A stretch of 63,977 nt of DNA, counting the filler. It is 6 parts of 6 records of this genome, joined end to end, with 100 filler letters (N's around TTAATTAATTAA, not from the genome) between each part and the next. Parts side by side here need not be neighbours in the genome. Positions count along the whole stretch, not along the records: positions 1 to 6,291 come from DRR723986_8239; positions 6,392 to 12,548 come from DRR723986_8240; 4 more parts are not named here. The stretch is one strand, 5' to 3'. The position numbers and the translations under genes are program-made. This document shows positions 1 through 11,258 of this stretch, in pieces. Position 1 is the first letter of the stretch, and each line of letters opens with the position of its first letter. Under the pieces are notes generated by a model. It was given only the letters and a program-made list of their open reading frames with translations, did not search any database and had not been told where the DNA came from.

Positions 1-152
1 ACGAGGCCTCGTGGGCGCTGTTCCGCTCTTTTGCCCGTGATCTGGGAGCCGAGCTCACCTACCACGAGCATTTCGAGAAAGAGACCCATTTTGGCGGCAA
101 GCACGATTCTGAATTTTTGCTGCGCATCGGGCCTTTCACGAACCCTGTCTGA
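1..152 (+). CDS. ectA: Diaminobutyrate acetyltransferase, 3' fragment (truncated by the window edge)
   Basis: Frame 3 reads EASWALFRSFARDLGAELTYHEHFEKETHFGGKHDSEFLLRIGPFTNPV*, matching the EctA C-terminus (ASWALF...HF.G.H.SE.L.RIGPF); lies directly upstream of ectB. Confidence 0.85.
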   Translation, partial: EASWALFRSFARDLGAELTYHEHFEKETHFGGKHDSEFLLRIGPFTNPV

Positions 153-180
153 GAGCCTGTGTTCACGCCTTCAGGCGTGA

Positions 181-1602
<1,422 letters not shown>

Positions 1603-1652
1603 GACGCCCGCCATCCCACACTTACATTCCGCAGGATAGCAAAGGCAACGAC

Positions 1653-3110
1653 ATGACAACGGCACAACATACCGTCGAGAAAATCGGCGGTACTTCCATG
1701 AGTAACTATGAGGCCGTGCGCGACAATATCATTATTGGTAAGCGCAAGAAGAGCGACCTCTACCAGCGGATTTTTGTGGTCTCTGCCTACGGTGGCGTGA
1801 CCAATGAACTGCTGGAGCACAAGAAAACCGGCGAGCCGGGGGTCTATGCCCTGTTTGCCGATGCCGAATCCGACTGGGCCTGGGGCGACGACCTTACCAA
1901 GCTGATTCAACTGCTGACGGACATCAACGGTGAGCTGTTTGCCGATCCGATGCTCAAGCAGCAGGCGGACCAGTTCATTACTGATCGCATTGAGGGGGTC
2001 CGGGGCTGCCTGATCGACCTGCAGCGCCTGTGTTCCTATGGCCAGTTCCAGCTTGAAGAGCATCTGCTTACCGTGCGGGAGATGCTGGCGGGGATTGGCG
2101 AGGCCCACAGTGCTTTCAATACCGCCCTGAAGCTGCAGCAGGAAGGTATTAACGCCCGCTTTGTCGATCTGACCGGCTGGCGCGACAGTGAATTGCTGCC
2201 GCTGGATGAAAAGCTCAAGCAGGCCTTCGATGCCATCGACCTGAGCCGGGAACTGCCAATCGTGACCGGTTATGCCCAGTGCAAGGAAGGTCTGATGCGT
2301 ACCTTTGACCGGGGCTACAGTGAGATGACGTTCAGCCGCACGGCGGTGATCACCAACGCCCGGGAAGCGATCATCCATAAGGAATACCATCTGAGCTCTG
2401 CCGATCCGAACATTGTTGGCGAAGACAAGGTGGTTCCGTTAGGGCGTACCAACTACGACGTCGCCGACCAGTTGGCCAACCTGGGGATGGAAGCGATTCA
2501 CCCGCGGGCTGGTAAAGGTCTGCGCCAGAACGAGATTCCGCTGCGGGTGATGAACACCTTTGAGCCGGAGCACACTGGTACGCTGATCACTGGTGACTAC
2601 GTCAGTGAAAAACCCCAGGTGGAGATCGTGGCAGGTGCCAAAGGCGTATTTGCCATTGAGGTGTTCGACCAGGACATGCAGGGCGAGCCGGGTTCCGACC
2701 GCCGTATCCTGGATGTACTGAGCCGTTTCAAAGTGCGGTTCATGTCCAAGGACACCAATGCCAATACCATTACCCACTACGTGGATACCACGCTCAAGCA
2801 CGTGAAGCGGGTGGTCAAGGCACTGGAGGAAGAGTTCCCCAATGCCGAAATCAGTACCCGCAAAGTGGCCCTGGTGTCTGCCATTGGCAGTGATATGAAG
2901 GTGCCGGGCATTCTCGCCCGTTCGGTAAAATCACTGGCTGACAAGGACATCAGCGTGCTGGCGATCCACCAGTGTATGCGCCAGGTGGATATCCAGTTCG
3001 TGGTTGACGAAGACAAATACGACCAGGCGATTGTGGCCCTGCACGGCGCGCTGATTGAGCCTCATAACCACGAATATGCCATCGTGGCGGCATCAACCAC
3101 CGCCGGCTAG
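1653..3110 (+). CDS. ask: Aspartate kinase, ectoine-cluster type (Ask_Ect)
   Basis: HTVEKIGGTSMS, FVVSAYGG, TFDRGYSE, C-terminal ACT-like repeats; follows ectB. Confidence 0.92.
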   Translation: MTTAQHTVEKIGGTSMSNYEAVRDNIIIGKRKKSDLYQRIFVVSAYGGVTNELLEHKKTGEPGVYALFADAESDWAWGDDLTKLIQLLTDINGELFADPMLKQQADQFITDRIEGVRGCLIDLQRLCSYGQFQLEEHLLTVREMLAGIGEAHSAFNTALKLQQEGINARFVDLTGWRDSELLPLDEKLKQAFDAIDLSRELPIVTGYAQCKEGLMRTFDRGYSEMTFSRTAVITNAREAIIHKEYHLSSADPNIVGEDKVVPLGRTNYDVADQLANLGMEAIHPRAGKGLRQNEIPLRVMNTFEPEHTGTLITGDYVSEKPQVEIVAGAKGVFAIEVFDQDMQGEPGSDRRILDVLSRFKVRFMSKDTNANTITHYVDTTLKHVKRVVKALEEEFPNAEISTRKVALVSAIGSDMKVPGILARSVKSLADKDISVLAIHQCMRQVDIQFVVDEDKYDQAIVALHGALIEPHNHEYAIVAASTTAG

Positions 3111-3112
3111 GA

Positions 3113-3153
3113 ATTACCCACAGGCGGAACCGGTCGCTTCGTCTGTGGGTAAT
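3113..3153 (+). terminator. Stem-loop after ask (possible terminator or stability hairpin; no clear U-tract)
   Basis: ATTACCCACAG (3113-3123) pairs with CTGTGGGTAAT (3143-3153), extendable with G-U pairs. Confidence 0.5.
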
Positions 3154-3350
3154 GGAGGAGTCTTGCCTCCAGATCGGGCGCCCGGTCGGCCGTCTCACAA
3201 CCTGTGAGGTTTCATGGCCGGGCGTGACCGATCCCTCCCCCACTCATCCTCCTTTCTGTATTCCTGTATTTCGGTTTTCCCCTCGTTGCTGGGGAATCCA
3301 TGCCTGCCTGATCTGCGTATTCTCAATAAATATCAAACGGGTACCGAGCC

Positions 3351-4343
3351 ATGCAGATACAGAGCCGGCCGGGACCGCTTCCGACGCTGCCCAACGATGG
3401 TGAAAGGGATTCCCTGGTCGGGTTGTATTTCAGGGATGCGTCCCGGCATGACCTCCTCAGCGAAACCGATGAACGGCGTCTGGCCAGAAAGCTGATCCGG
3501 TCGCTACGGGTGATTCACACCGAACTGGCATTACCCGAGGACACCCCACAAACCTTGCGGGATGTGATGGGCAGCCTCGGTGATGCCTGTGCTTTTTCGG
3601 CCCGCTGTCGCCGGGCTTACCACCTTGCCCTGGCCTGCCGTCACCGCCTGATTCAGAGCAATCTGAGGCTGGCGGTACATATCGCCCGCCGCTACGGCCA
3701 TCGTGGCATTGCCATGTCGGACCTGATCCAGGACGCCAACGTCGGGCTGATCAAGGCCGTAGAGCGCTACGACCCCGGCAAGGGCTTCCGGTTTTCCACC
3801 TACGCTTACTGGTGGATCAGCGAGGAAGTGCGCCGCTGCCTGCAGCGGGGTGTGCGTGTGGTGCATACGCCGGAAAACGTGGTGGAGGAGATCCGCCAAT
3901 TGCAGAAGGTATCCATGCGTTTGCATCAATCCCTCGGCCGGGAGCCCACCCAGTCCGAGCTGGCTCGGGAAATGGAGGCCACACCTTCCAGGATTGGCGA
4001 ACTGAGAGCCCTGGCGGCCCGGGAAGTTTCAACGGATGTACCACTGGTCGAAGATGGATCGGTGACCCTGGCTGACAGTCTTGATGCGGGTGCCGATACC
4101 CGCCCGGACCAGCCGTTTCGGGCGCGGGACCGGATGATTCGGCTGGAGCGCATGATGGGGGCATTGTCGGACCGGGAGCGGGATATCCTGACCCGGCGTT
4201 ACGGGCTTGGCTTGATTGAACCGGAGACCCTGCAAACGATTTCGGAACAGCTGGGTCTCAGCCGGGAGCGTGTGCGACAGATCGAGAAAGGCGCTTTGAG
4301 AAAGCTGCAGACCCTGTTTGGAACCGATCCTGACGGTGCCTGA
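3351..4343 (+). CDS. Sigma-70 family RNA polymerase sigma factor (RpoS/group 2-like paralog)
   Basis: Region 2 LIQSNLRLAVHIARRY...DLIQDANVGLIKAVERYDPGKGFRFSTYAYWWI; region 4 TLQTISEQLGLSRERVRQIEKGALRKL; no region 1.1. Confidence 0.9.
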   Translation: MQIQSRPGPLPTLPNDGERDSLVGLYFRDASRHDLLSETDERRLARKLIRSLRVIHTELALPEDTPQTLRDVMGSLGDACAFSARCRRAYHLALACRHRLIQSNLRLAVHIARRYGHRGIAMSDLIQDANVGLIKAVERYDPGKGFRFSTYAYWWISEEVRRCLQRGVRVVHTPENVVEEIRQLQKVSMRLHQSLGREPTQSELAREMEATPSRIGELRALAAREVSTDVPLVEDGSVTLADSLDAGADTRPDQPFRARDRMIRLERMMGALSDRERDILTRRYGLGLIEPETLQTISEQLGLSRERVRQIEKGALRKLQTLFGTDPDGA

Positions 4344-4344
4344 A

Positions 4345-4800
4345 TCAGGCACCGTGCAGCAGGAAGAACCAGCCGGCCACGGTTAGCTGGCAAGCCAGTA
4401 CCACGGTGGTCAGCACCAATCGCATCTTCAGATACCAGGCCGGCCAGTAACTTCGCATCCAGCGGGCGTCTACCAGATACAGCAATAGGAACGCGACGAT
4501 GTAGAGCGGGATTTTCTGCGGCGTCTGTAGCAACAGTCCGATACCGGCGGCAACGAAGAACAACTGGCTCAGCAGCATGGTCACCAGGGGCGATTGCGGG
4601 TAGGAGCGGTTTTCCAGCTGCATGGCAATGGTCCAGTAGATTCCGCCCATAAAAGCGAGAATACCGGCACTGTAAATATAGAACCACGCCAGAATGGCAA
4701 CACTGTTGGCTGGCATCAGGAACAGGCCAGCGGTGCCTAGAATGAATGGAATCAGGCCGGCAATGCCGACCAGAACCGCGAGGCGAGCAACTGAAATCAC
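4345..4800 (-). CDS. DUF3429-like multi-pass membrane protein
   Basis: GLIPF, YSAGILAFMGGIYW and WYLKMRLVLT motifs; several hydrophobic helices. Confidence 0.75.
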   Translation of the reverse strand: MISVARLAVLVGIAGLIPFILGTAGLFLMPANSVAILAWFYIYSAGILAFMGGIYWTIAMQLENRSYPQSPLVTMLLSQLFFVAAGIGLLLQTPQKIPLYIVAFLLLYLVDARWMRSYWPAWYLKMRLVLTTVVLACQLTVAGWFFLLHGA

Positions 4801-5102
4801 GACTTCTGCCTCTGTACCTGTATCCGCATGGGCTCAATGTCTGCCGGCGCCATCCCGACCATTTCATGGTACGCCGAGGGATGCACTACCTGGGTTTCGC
4901 GAATGGTGTAGCTGGAGAGGGTGTCCTGAATCTGCCAGGCGCTGCGGAATAGCCGGGTCTGCCCTTTATGGTCCGACAGTACCTTCATGCCTTCAGGGCC
5001 ATGCAGGCGAGCCATGTACTGTTGGCCCTCCAGGGAGAGGATCTCCAGAAGGTCGATCACCGGTTGTTCCAGGTTTTTGAGTTCGTCGAGGGTAATGCGC
5101 AC
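4797..5102 (-). CDS. Small conserved hypothetical protein (DUF6482-like)
   Basis: 101 aa with HPSAYHEMVG motif; 4-nt overlap with the downstream gene; GGAG SD. Confidence 0.6.
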   Translation of the reverse strand: MRITLDELKNLEQPVIDLLEILSLEGQQYMARLHGPEGMKVLSDHKGQTRLFRSAWQIQDTLSSYTIRETQVVHPSAYHEMVGMAPADIEPMRIQVQRQKS

Positions 5103-5159
5103 CGTGAAGCTCCCGAAATGATGTGTCAGGGGAACTTACGATCAACCGGCCCGGTAAGA

Positions 5160-5744
5160 TCATTGTGCCAGTTGCCGGCACTCCGTGTGGGCATGGCAGG
5201 ACACCAGATGATCATTGACCATGCCGGTGGCCTGCATGAAGGCGTAGACGATGGTGGGGCCCACAAAATTAAAGCCTGCTTTCTTCAGGGCCTTGGACAT
5301 GGCTTCAGATTCCGGCGTGGTGACGGGGACCTCGGCCAGTGTCTGCCACCGGTTCTGGATGGGCCGGCCGTTGACGAATTGCCAGAGAAACTCCGAGAAC
5401 GAGATGCCCTGATCCCGCAGAGCGAGGAACCCCCGGGCATTGCGGATGATGGAATGGACTTTCAGGCGATTCCGGATAATGCCCGGGTCTGCCAGCAGGC
5501 GGGCGATATCGTCCTCATCAAAGCGGACAATCTGCTCCGGGTCAAAGCCGGCGTAGGCCTGCCGGTAGCTTTCCTGCTTGCGAAGGATGGTAATCCAGCT
5601 CAAACCGGCTTGCTGTCCGTCCAGGCAGAGCTTTTCGAACAGCGCCTGATCGTCATATTCCGGGCGCCCCCAGACGGTGTCGTGGTAGTGCACGTACAGT
5701 GGGTCGGTGCCGCACCAGGGGCAGCGGCCGGTCGTCTGGGGCAT
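5160..5744 (-). CDS. tag: DNA-3-methyladenine glycosylase I
   Basis: RCPW...YHDTVWG, LFEKLCLDGQQAGLSWITIL, IIRNRLK, FVGPTIVYAFMQATGMVNDHLVSC. Confidence 0.95.
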   Translation of the reverse strand: MPQTTGRCPWCGTDPLYVHYHDTVWGRPEYDDQALFEKLCLDGQQAGLSWITILRKQESYRQAYAGFDPEQIVRFDEDDIARLLADPGIIRNRLKVHSIIRNARGFLALRDQGISFSEFLWQFVNGRPIQNRWQTLAEVPVTTPESEAMSKALKKAGFNFVGPTIVYAFMQATGMVNDHLVSCHAHTECRQLAQ

Positions 5745-5754
5745 GGTGGCCTCG

Positions 5755-6291
5755 CTAGGGTCGGGCTCTGATCAGCCGGTGAAACAGAGGCTCCCAGGAA
5801 ACGTCGAGGCTGGAAGCCGGCCCCAGATTGTAGTCATCCGGCGGTGGTTCCAGCAAGGTAATCTCCGGCCAGGTGCTGGTCTTATCCGGGCTGCCATCGC
5901 AGGGGTAAACCAGGGTAACCAGAAAGCCCTCGGCATACAGGCAACTGGCTTGCCAGTGTCGGTCGGGCTGGTCCCCGTACAGCTCGAAATTCTTTCGTAC
6001 TTCCAGGGTTTGCAGATTGCCGGCGATGCCCCGCCCGGTCGCTTTAAGCCAGGCTTCTTTCAGGGTCCAGACCTTGAGGAAGCTGAACGCATTGTTCGCC
6101 TTCAGCAGCCATTCCTGCTCAACGGGAGTGAACCAGCGTGTCGTCACTCTGGCCCAGTCTGGCCGGCGCTGGCTCGGTTCAAGATCAATCCCCAGAGCCG
6201 TACGACTCGTGGCGCACGCTGCCAGCCCCTGGCTGTGGCTCAGCGACAGGTGCCAGCCCTGCGGGCTGGCCGAGGCAACGGGGCGTCCCGG
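5755..6291 (-). CDS. 4'-phosphopantetheinyl transferase (Sfp-like), 5' truncated at the contig end
   Basis: FLKVWTLKEAWLKATGRGI is the WxxKEAxxK motif; the gene start is presumably lost at the contig end. Confidence 0.8.
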   Translation of the reverse strand, partial: PGRPVASASPQGWHLSLSHSQGLAACATSRTALGIDLEPSQRRPDWARVTTRWFTPVEQEWLLKANNAFSFLKVWTLKEAWLKATGRGIAGNLQTLEVRKNFELYGDQPDRHWQASCLYAEGFLVTLVYPCDGSPDKTSTWPEITLLEPPPDDYNLGPASSLDVSWEPLFHRLIRARP

Positions 6292-6391
6292 NNNNNNNNN
6301 NNNNNNNNNNNNNNNNNNNNNNNNNNNNNNNNNNNTTAATTAATTAANNNNNNNNNNNNNNNNNNNNNNNNNNNNNNNNNNNNNNNNNNNN
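6292..6391. other. Artificial contig linker
   Basis: 44 N + TTAATTAATTAA (stops in all frames) + 44 N; composition changes across it. Confidence 0.99.
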
Positions 6392-6727
6392 CATCAGGTC
6401 CGGCAGGTCGAAGGGCTTGGGCAGGTAGTCGTAGGCCTCGGCCTCGGCGGCCTGAATGGCGGTCATGATGGTGTTCTGCGCGGAGATCACGATCACCGGC
6501 AGGCCGGGCCGGTCCTCGGCGATCTTGGGCAGCATCTCCAGCCCGTTGCCGTCGGGCATCATGACGTCCGAGATCACCACGTCGCCCTTCCCCTCGCCGA
6601 CCCAGCGCATCAGCGTCGTCAGCGAAGAGGTCGCGTGCACCTTGCAGCCGGCGCGGGTCAGGGCCTGCGTCAGAACCGTGCGGATCGTGCGGTCGTCGTC
6701 GGCAACCAGAACTGTGCCATCCATCAC
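6392..6727 (-). CDS. ntrC: Nitrogen regulation response regulator NtrC, receiver domain only (3' truncated)
   Basis: [18 protein letters not shown]...[11 protein letters not shown]...YLPKPFD; coupled to ntrB. Confidence 0.9.
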
Positions 6728-7815
6728 TCGGTCTCCTCGATGGCTGCGGAGCGCGGGGCGCGCGGCAGCGAGATGCGGAACAACGTCCGGCCGGGGACAG
6801 AGTCCACCGAGATCCAGCCGTCATGGTCGGAAATGATCTTGCTCACCAGCGCCAGCCCCAGCCCGGTGCCGTTCTCCTTGCCCGAGACGAATGGGTCGAA
6901 GATGTCGCCCTTGATGTCCTCTGGCAGGCCCGGACCGTCGTCGATGATCTCGACCTGAAGCGGCAGGGTCTGGCCCGAACCATCGGCGCGGCGCAGGCGG
7001 AAGCTGTGCTCGTAGAAGGTGTGCAGACGGATCGTGCCGCCGGTCTTGGGGTCCGCCGCCTCGGATGCGTTCTTGATCAGGTTCAGAACGACCTGCAGCA
7101 ACTGGTCCGGGTCGCCAAGCGCCATGGGCAGCGAGGGGTCGTAATCCTCGATGATCTTCATGTGCCCGCCGAAGCCCAGCAGCGCAGAGCGCCGCGCGCG
7201 GTCCAGCACGTCGTGGATATTGACCGGCCGGCGTTCCGGCGGAGAAAGGTTGCCGAACTGCTCCACCTGCTCCAGCAGCTTCACGATGCGCCGGGTCTCG
7301 GCCACGATAAGGTCCGTGAATTCAAGGTCTTCCTTGGGCAAGCTCATGCTGAGAAGCTGCGCCGCCCCGGTGATGCCCGCCAGCGGGTTCTTGATCTCGT
7401 GGGCCAGCATCTCGGCCATGCCGATGGCGGATTTCGCCGCCGATTTCACACTGTGGCTTTGGGTCATGCGCCCCGCAAGCTCGCGCGGGGAGATCAGCAT
7501 GATCATCCAGCCGTCGCGGCCCTGCACCGGGGCGAACTGCAGGTTGCAGACCAGCGGCGGGCGCGAGCCGGTGCCCACGTCCACGTCGTTCACGAAAAGC
7601 GGCGTGCCGTGTTCCCGGGCGCGTTGCAGGCTTTCCTCCAGCGGCGCGTCAACCGCCAGACGGTCCCAGATCGGCTGCCCCGTCAACCACTTGGCGGAGT
7701 TGTTGAAGAACCCCTCGGCGGCGGGGTTCATGTCGGCGATCTTCTCGTATTCGTCGATCAGGATCGCCGGGACCGGCAGAGAGGACCAGATCTGCATCTC
7801 GGTGGGCGAGTTCAT
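6724..7815 (-). CDS. ntrB: Nitrogen regulation sensor histidine kinase
   Basis: PAS domain, [19 protein letters not shown] (H-box), NLIKNA, DDGPG, GTGLGL. Confidence 0.93.
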   Translation of the reverse strand: MNSPTEMQIWSSLPVPAILIDEYEKIADMNPAAEGFFNNSAKWLTGQPIWDRLAVDAPLEESLQRAREHGTPLFVNDVDVGTGSRPPLVCNLQFAPVQGRDGWMIMLISPRELAGRMTQSHSVKSAAKSAIGMAEMLAHEIKNPLAGITGAAQLLSMSLPKEDLEFTDLIVAETRRIVKLLEQVEQFGNLSPPERRPVNIHDVLDRARRSALLGFGGHMKIIEDYDPSLPMALGDPDQLLQVVLNLIKNASEAADPKTGGTIRLHTFYEHSFRLRRADGSGQTLPLQVEIIDDGPGLPEDIKGDIFDPFVSGKENGTGLGLALVSKIISDHDGWISVDSVPGRTLFRISLPRAPRSAAIEETE

Positions 7816-8792
7816 GCGGCTTCGCTTTCAAAGGCCAGCGCCTCGGGCAGCAGGCGCAGGACGCGCGCCGTGTCGCGCTCTGTCATGACGGTCTTGCGCA
7901 GCGCAGCGGGCGTGCCCGCGCGATCCATGTACCACCCCATGTGCTTGCGCGCGACGCGGTTGCCCAAAAGGCTGCCGTAGAAGGTGAGCATCGCCTCGTA
8001 ATGTTCTGAAACCATGTCGACAAATGCCCTTGCCTTCGGGATGTCCGGCGGCGGCGCTCCGGTGAGTTCGGCGGCCACCTCGGCCAGGATCCACGGCGCG
8101 CCCTGCGCGCCTCGGCCGATCATCACGCCGTCGGCCCCCGAAAGGCGCAGCGCCTCGCGCGCGGTCGCGGCATCGGTGATGTCGCCATTGGCCACGACCG
8201 GGATCGTCACCGCCTCCTTCACCGCGCGGATCGCCGCCCAATCGGCGCGGCCCTTGTAGAACTGGCAGCGCGTGCGGCCATGGATCACCACCATCTTCAC
8301 CCCGGCCCCCTCGGCCCTCTTCGCCAGATCCGGCGCGTTCAGCGCGCCCTCGTCCCAACCCAGCCGTGTCTTCAGCGTCACCGGCAGGTCGACCGCGCCC
8401 ACCACCGCCTCGATCAGGCGCAGCGCGTGGTCGGGCACCTGCATCAGGGCCGAACCCGACCAGCCGCCCGTCACCTTCTTGGCCGGACAGCCCATGTTGA
8501 TGTCGATGACGCGGGCGCCCATGTCCGCCACCTGCCGCGCGGCTTCGGCCATCGGCCCCGGCTCGCGGCCCGCGATCTGGACAGAGGTGTTTTCCACCGC
8601 CGCGCCCAGTTCGGCCTTCTCGCGCGTGCCGGGCCGCGCGGTCAGGAACTCGCCGCTGGCGATCATCTCGGACACCACCAGCCCGGCGCCGAAGCCAGAG
8701 ACGAGGGTCCGGAACGGCAGGTCGGTGATTCCGGCCAGCGGGGCCAGCATCACCGGGGGGTCTATGTCGAGATGTCCGAGTGTCAGGCGCAA
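7812..8792 (-). CDS. dusB: tRNA-dihydrouridine synthase B (NifR3 family)
   Basis: LAPLAGITD, IDINMGCPAKKV, HGRTR, ANGDI, GVMIGRG; conserved dusB-ntrB-ntrC order. Confidence 0.93.
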   Translation of the reverse strand: MRLTLGHLDIDPPVMLAPLAGITDLPFRTLVSGFGAGLVVSEMIASGEFLTARPGTREKAELGAAVENTSVQIAGREPGPMAEAARQVADMGARVIDINMGCPAKKVTGGWSGSALMQVPDHALRLIEAVVGAVDLPVTLKTRLGWDEGALNAPDLAKRAEGAGVKMVVIHGRTRCQFYKGRADWAAIRAVKEAVTIPVVANGDITDAATAREALRLSGADGVMIGRGAQGAPWILAEVAAELTGAPPPDIPKARAFVDMVSEHYEAMLTFYGSLLGNRVARKHMGWYMDRAGTPAALRKTVMTERDTARVLRLLPEALAFESEAA

Positions 8793-8907
8793 ATGCCCAG
8801 TCCTTGTACGTTGCGGCCCACGCGGGGCTACTTATGGGTCGGATTACCGGGATCCCTGTATTTGTTCAATCTTTGGACCAGATATCCAAGCGCGCGAAAT
8901 GCGCATG

Positions 8908-8924
8908 TGCTTAAAATATAGGCA
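8908..8924. promoter_or_regulatory. Putative NtrC binding site upstream of dusB-ntrBC
   Basis: TGCTTAAAATATAGGCA fits TGC-N11-GCA with an AT-rich core, within a GC-rich intergenic region. Confidence 0.6.
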
Positions 8925-8990
8925 CACACCCCGGGGATTTGCAACGCGCGCCGCAGCCCCCTAGAAAGGCGAAAGCGAAAGGATATCAGA

Positions 8991-10127
8991 ATGATGCGTT
9001 GCGCAGTCCTGATTGTCGCCGCCGGTCGAGGCTCTCGCGCGGGTGGTGAGTTGCCCAAACAATGGCAGACCCTTGCCGGCAGGCCCGTCGCCCGCTGGAC
9101 GCTGGAGCGTTTCGCCGGGATCGGGCCGCTGGTCATGGTGATCCACCCCGACGACCGCGCCCTTGCCGAAGCGGCCTGCGCGGGCTTCTCGGTTCAGCTT
9201 GTCGACGGCGGCATGGAGCGCGCGGATTCGGTGCGCGCCGGTCTCGAAGCGCTGCTGGCGGAGGCCCCGGAAACCGTGCTGATCCACGACGTCGCGCGCC
9301 CCTGCGCCCCGCCCGACCTGATCGACCGGGTGCGCGCCGCGCTAGAAACCGCCCCCGGCGCCGCGCCGGCCCTGCCCGTGTCCGACGCGCTCTGGACCGG
9401 CGCCGGAGAGCGCGTGACCGGCACGCAGGACCGATCCGGCCTCTACCGGGCGCAGACCCCGCAGGGCTTTCTCTTCTCCGATATCCTCGCGGCCCATCGC
9501 GCCCACCCGGGCGGCGCCGCCGACGATGTCGAGGTCGCGCGCGCCGCCGGGCTGGACGTCACCATCGTTCCGGGCGATGAAGCGAATCTCAAGATCACCC
9601 TGCCCGGCGACTTTGCCCGGGCCGAACGGCTGTTGAAGGGTACCGACATGGACATCCGCCTCGGGAATGGTTTCGACGTCCACGCCTTCGAGGAGGGCGA
9701 CCACGTCATGCTCTGCGGCGTGCGCGTGCCGCATGACCGCAAGCTGAAAGGCCATTCCGACGCCGACGTCGGGATGCACGCCGTCACCGACGCGCTGTAT
9801 GGCGCCTTGGCCGAGGGCGACATCGGCCAGCATTTCCCGCCCTCCGAACCGCAGTGGAAAGGCGCGGCGAGCGAGATATTCCTCGCCCATGCCGCCGATC
9901 TGGCGCGGTCCAAAGGCTACGCGATCTCGAACGTGGACGTCACCCTGATCTGCGAACGCCCCAAGGTCGGCCCCCATGCGCCGGCCATGCAAGCCGAGAT
10001 GGCGCGCCTGCTGGGCATCGACGAGGACCGCGTCTCGGTCAAGGCCACCACTTCGGAACGGCTGGGCTTCACGGGACGCGAAGAGGGGATCGCGGCGCTG
10101 GCCACCGCGACACTGGTGAAGGCATGA
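8991..10127 (+). CDS. ispDF: Bifunctional MEP cytidylyltransferase / MEcPP synthase
   Basis: [32 protein letters not shown] (IspD); [36 protein letters not shown] (IspF). Confidence 0.95.
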   Translation: MMRCAVLIVAAGRGSRAGGELPKQWQTLAGRPVARWTLERFAGIGPLVMVIHPDDRALAEAACAGFSVQLVDGGMERADSVRAGLEALLAEAPETVLIHDVARPCAPPDLIDRVRAALETAPGAAPALPVSDALWTGAGERVTGTQDRSGLYRAQTPQGFLFSDILAAHRAHPGGAADDVEVARAAGLDVTIVPGDEANLKITLPGDFARAERLLKGTDMDIRLGNGFDVHAFEEGDHVMLCGVRVPHDRKLKGHSDADVGMHAVTDALYGALAEGDIGQHFPPSEPQWKGAASEIFLAHAADLARSKGYAISNVDVTLICERPKVGPHAPAMQAEMARLLGIDEDRVSVKATTSERLGFTGREEGIAALATATLVKA

Positions 10128-10606
10128 GGTGGATCGCATCGGTCGGCGGAGTGGGATTCCTGCGCCCCGCGCCCGGCACGTGGGGTTCGCTGGCGGCGCT
10201 GCCGCTGGCCTACGGGCTGCTGCTGCTGGGCGGCTTCTGGCTGTTGCTGCTGGCCACCGTCGCGGCCTTGGCTCTGGGGTGGTACGCCACTGCAGAGGTG
10301 ACGCGGGACGGCGACCACGATCCGTCGTGGGTGGTGGTGGACGAGCTTGTGGGCCAGTGGATCGCGCTTTTCCCGGTGGGCTACGGCGCGGGCATGATGG
10401 GGGTGGACCCGTGGCGGCTGTGGCCCGGCTGGATCGCGGGCTTCCTGCTGTTCCGCCTCTTCGACATCTGGAAGCCGTGGCTGGTGGGCCGCATGGACGC
10501 GCGCGGCGACGCGGGCGGCGTGATGCTGGACGACGTGGTGGCGGGCGTGATGGCGGCGGTGGTCGTGATCCTGCTGGCGGGCCTCGCCCATGGGGTGCTG
10601 ATGTGA
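10124..10606 (+). CDS. pgpA: Phosphatidylglycerophosphatase A
   Basis: [44 protein letters not shown] overlap with ispDF. Confidence 0.93.
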   Translation: MRWIASVGGVGFLRPAPGTWGSLAALPLAYGLLLLGGFWLLLLATVAALALGWYATAEVTRDGDHDPSWVVVDELVGQWIALFPVGYGAGMMGVDPWRLWPGWIAGFLLFRLFDIWKPWLVGRMDARGDAGGVMLDDVVAGVMAAVVVILLAGLAHGVLM

Positions 10607-11070
10607 ACCGCGCGCAGGATATCGTCACCCGCGCCACCGCGCGTGGCCTCATAGTGACCTGTGCCGAAAGCTGCACCGGCGGCAAGGTCGCGGCGGCGAT
10701 CACCGACATCGCCGGGTCCTCGGCGGTCTTCGCCTATGGTTTCGTGACCTACTCCAACGGCGCCAAGGTCGACCTGCTGGGCGTCCACCCCGAAACGCTG
10801 GAGGCGCATGGCGCGGTCTCCGAGGCGGTCGTCCGCGAGATGGCGCAAGGCGCGCGGGTGCGCGCGGGCGCCGACATCGCCGTGGCGATCAGCGGCATCG
10901 CCGGCCCCGGCGGGTCCGAGTTCAAGCCCGAGGGTCGCGTCTGCTACGGCCTCGCCACCGCCGAGGGCGTGACGTTCGAGACCGTCGAGCACGGCGCCCT
11001 TGGCCGCGCCGAGGTGCGCGCAGCCGCCCGCGATCACGCGCTTTCGCTGATCCTCTCCGCCCTCGACTGA
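10603..11070 (+). CDS. cinA: CinA/PncC family nicotinamide mononucleotide deamidase
   Basis: AESCTGG, AGSSAVF, VTYSNGAK, GAVSE, ISGIAGPGG; GTG start overlaps the pgpA stop. Confidence 0.9.
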   Translation: MNRAQDIVTRATARGLIVTCAESCTGGKVAAAITDIAGSSAVFAYGFVTYSNGAKVDLLGVHPETLEAHGAVSEAVVREMAQGARVRAGADIAVAISGIAGPGGSEFKPEGRVCYGLATAEGVTFETVEHGALGRAEVRAAARDHALSLILSALD

Positions 11071-11106
11071 GGCGAATCCCCACGACCGGGCCATGGATTC
11101 CCGAAC

Positions 11107-11155
11107 CGCCCATTTATGCGGCGAAGCCCCTCGTATGACGCACAAATGACGGGCA
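11107..11155. promoter_or_regulatory. Tandem NtrC-like sites upstream of amtB
   Basis: CGCC-CATTTATGC-GGC (11107-11122) and CGCA-CAAATGACG-GGC (11139-11154) fit the Rhodobacter CGCC-N9-GGC pattern and are 32 bp apart. Confidence 0.65.
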
Positions 11156-11258
11156 GTTCACAAAACGCCCTGCTTTTGCGCGCCCTGAGGGCAGAAAGTC
11201 CGTTTTTCCGGCGTCCCGTGCTGGCATTCCCGCGCGGACCATATCGGAGGAGGGACAA

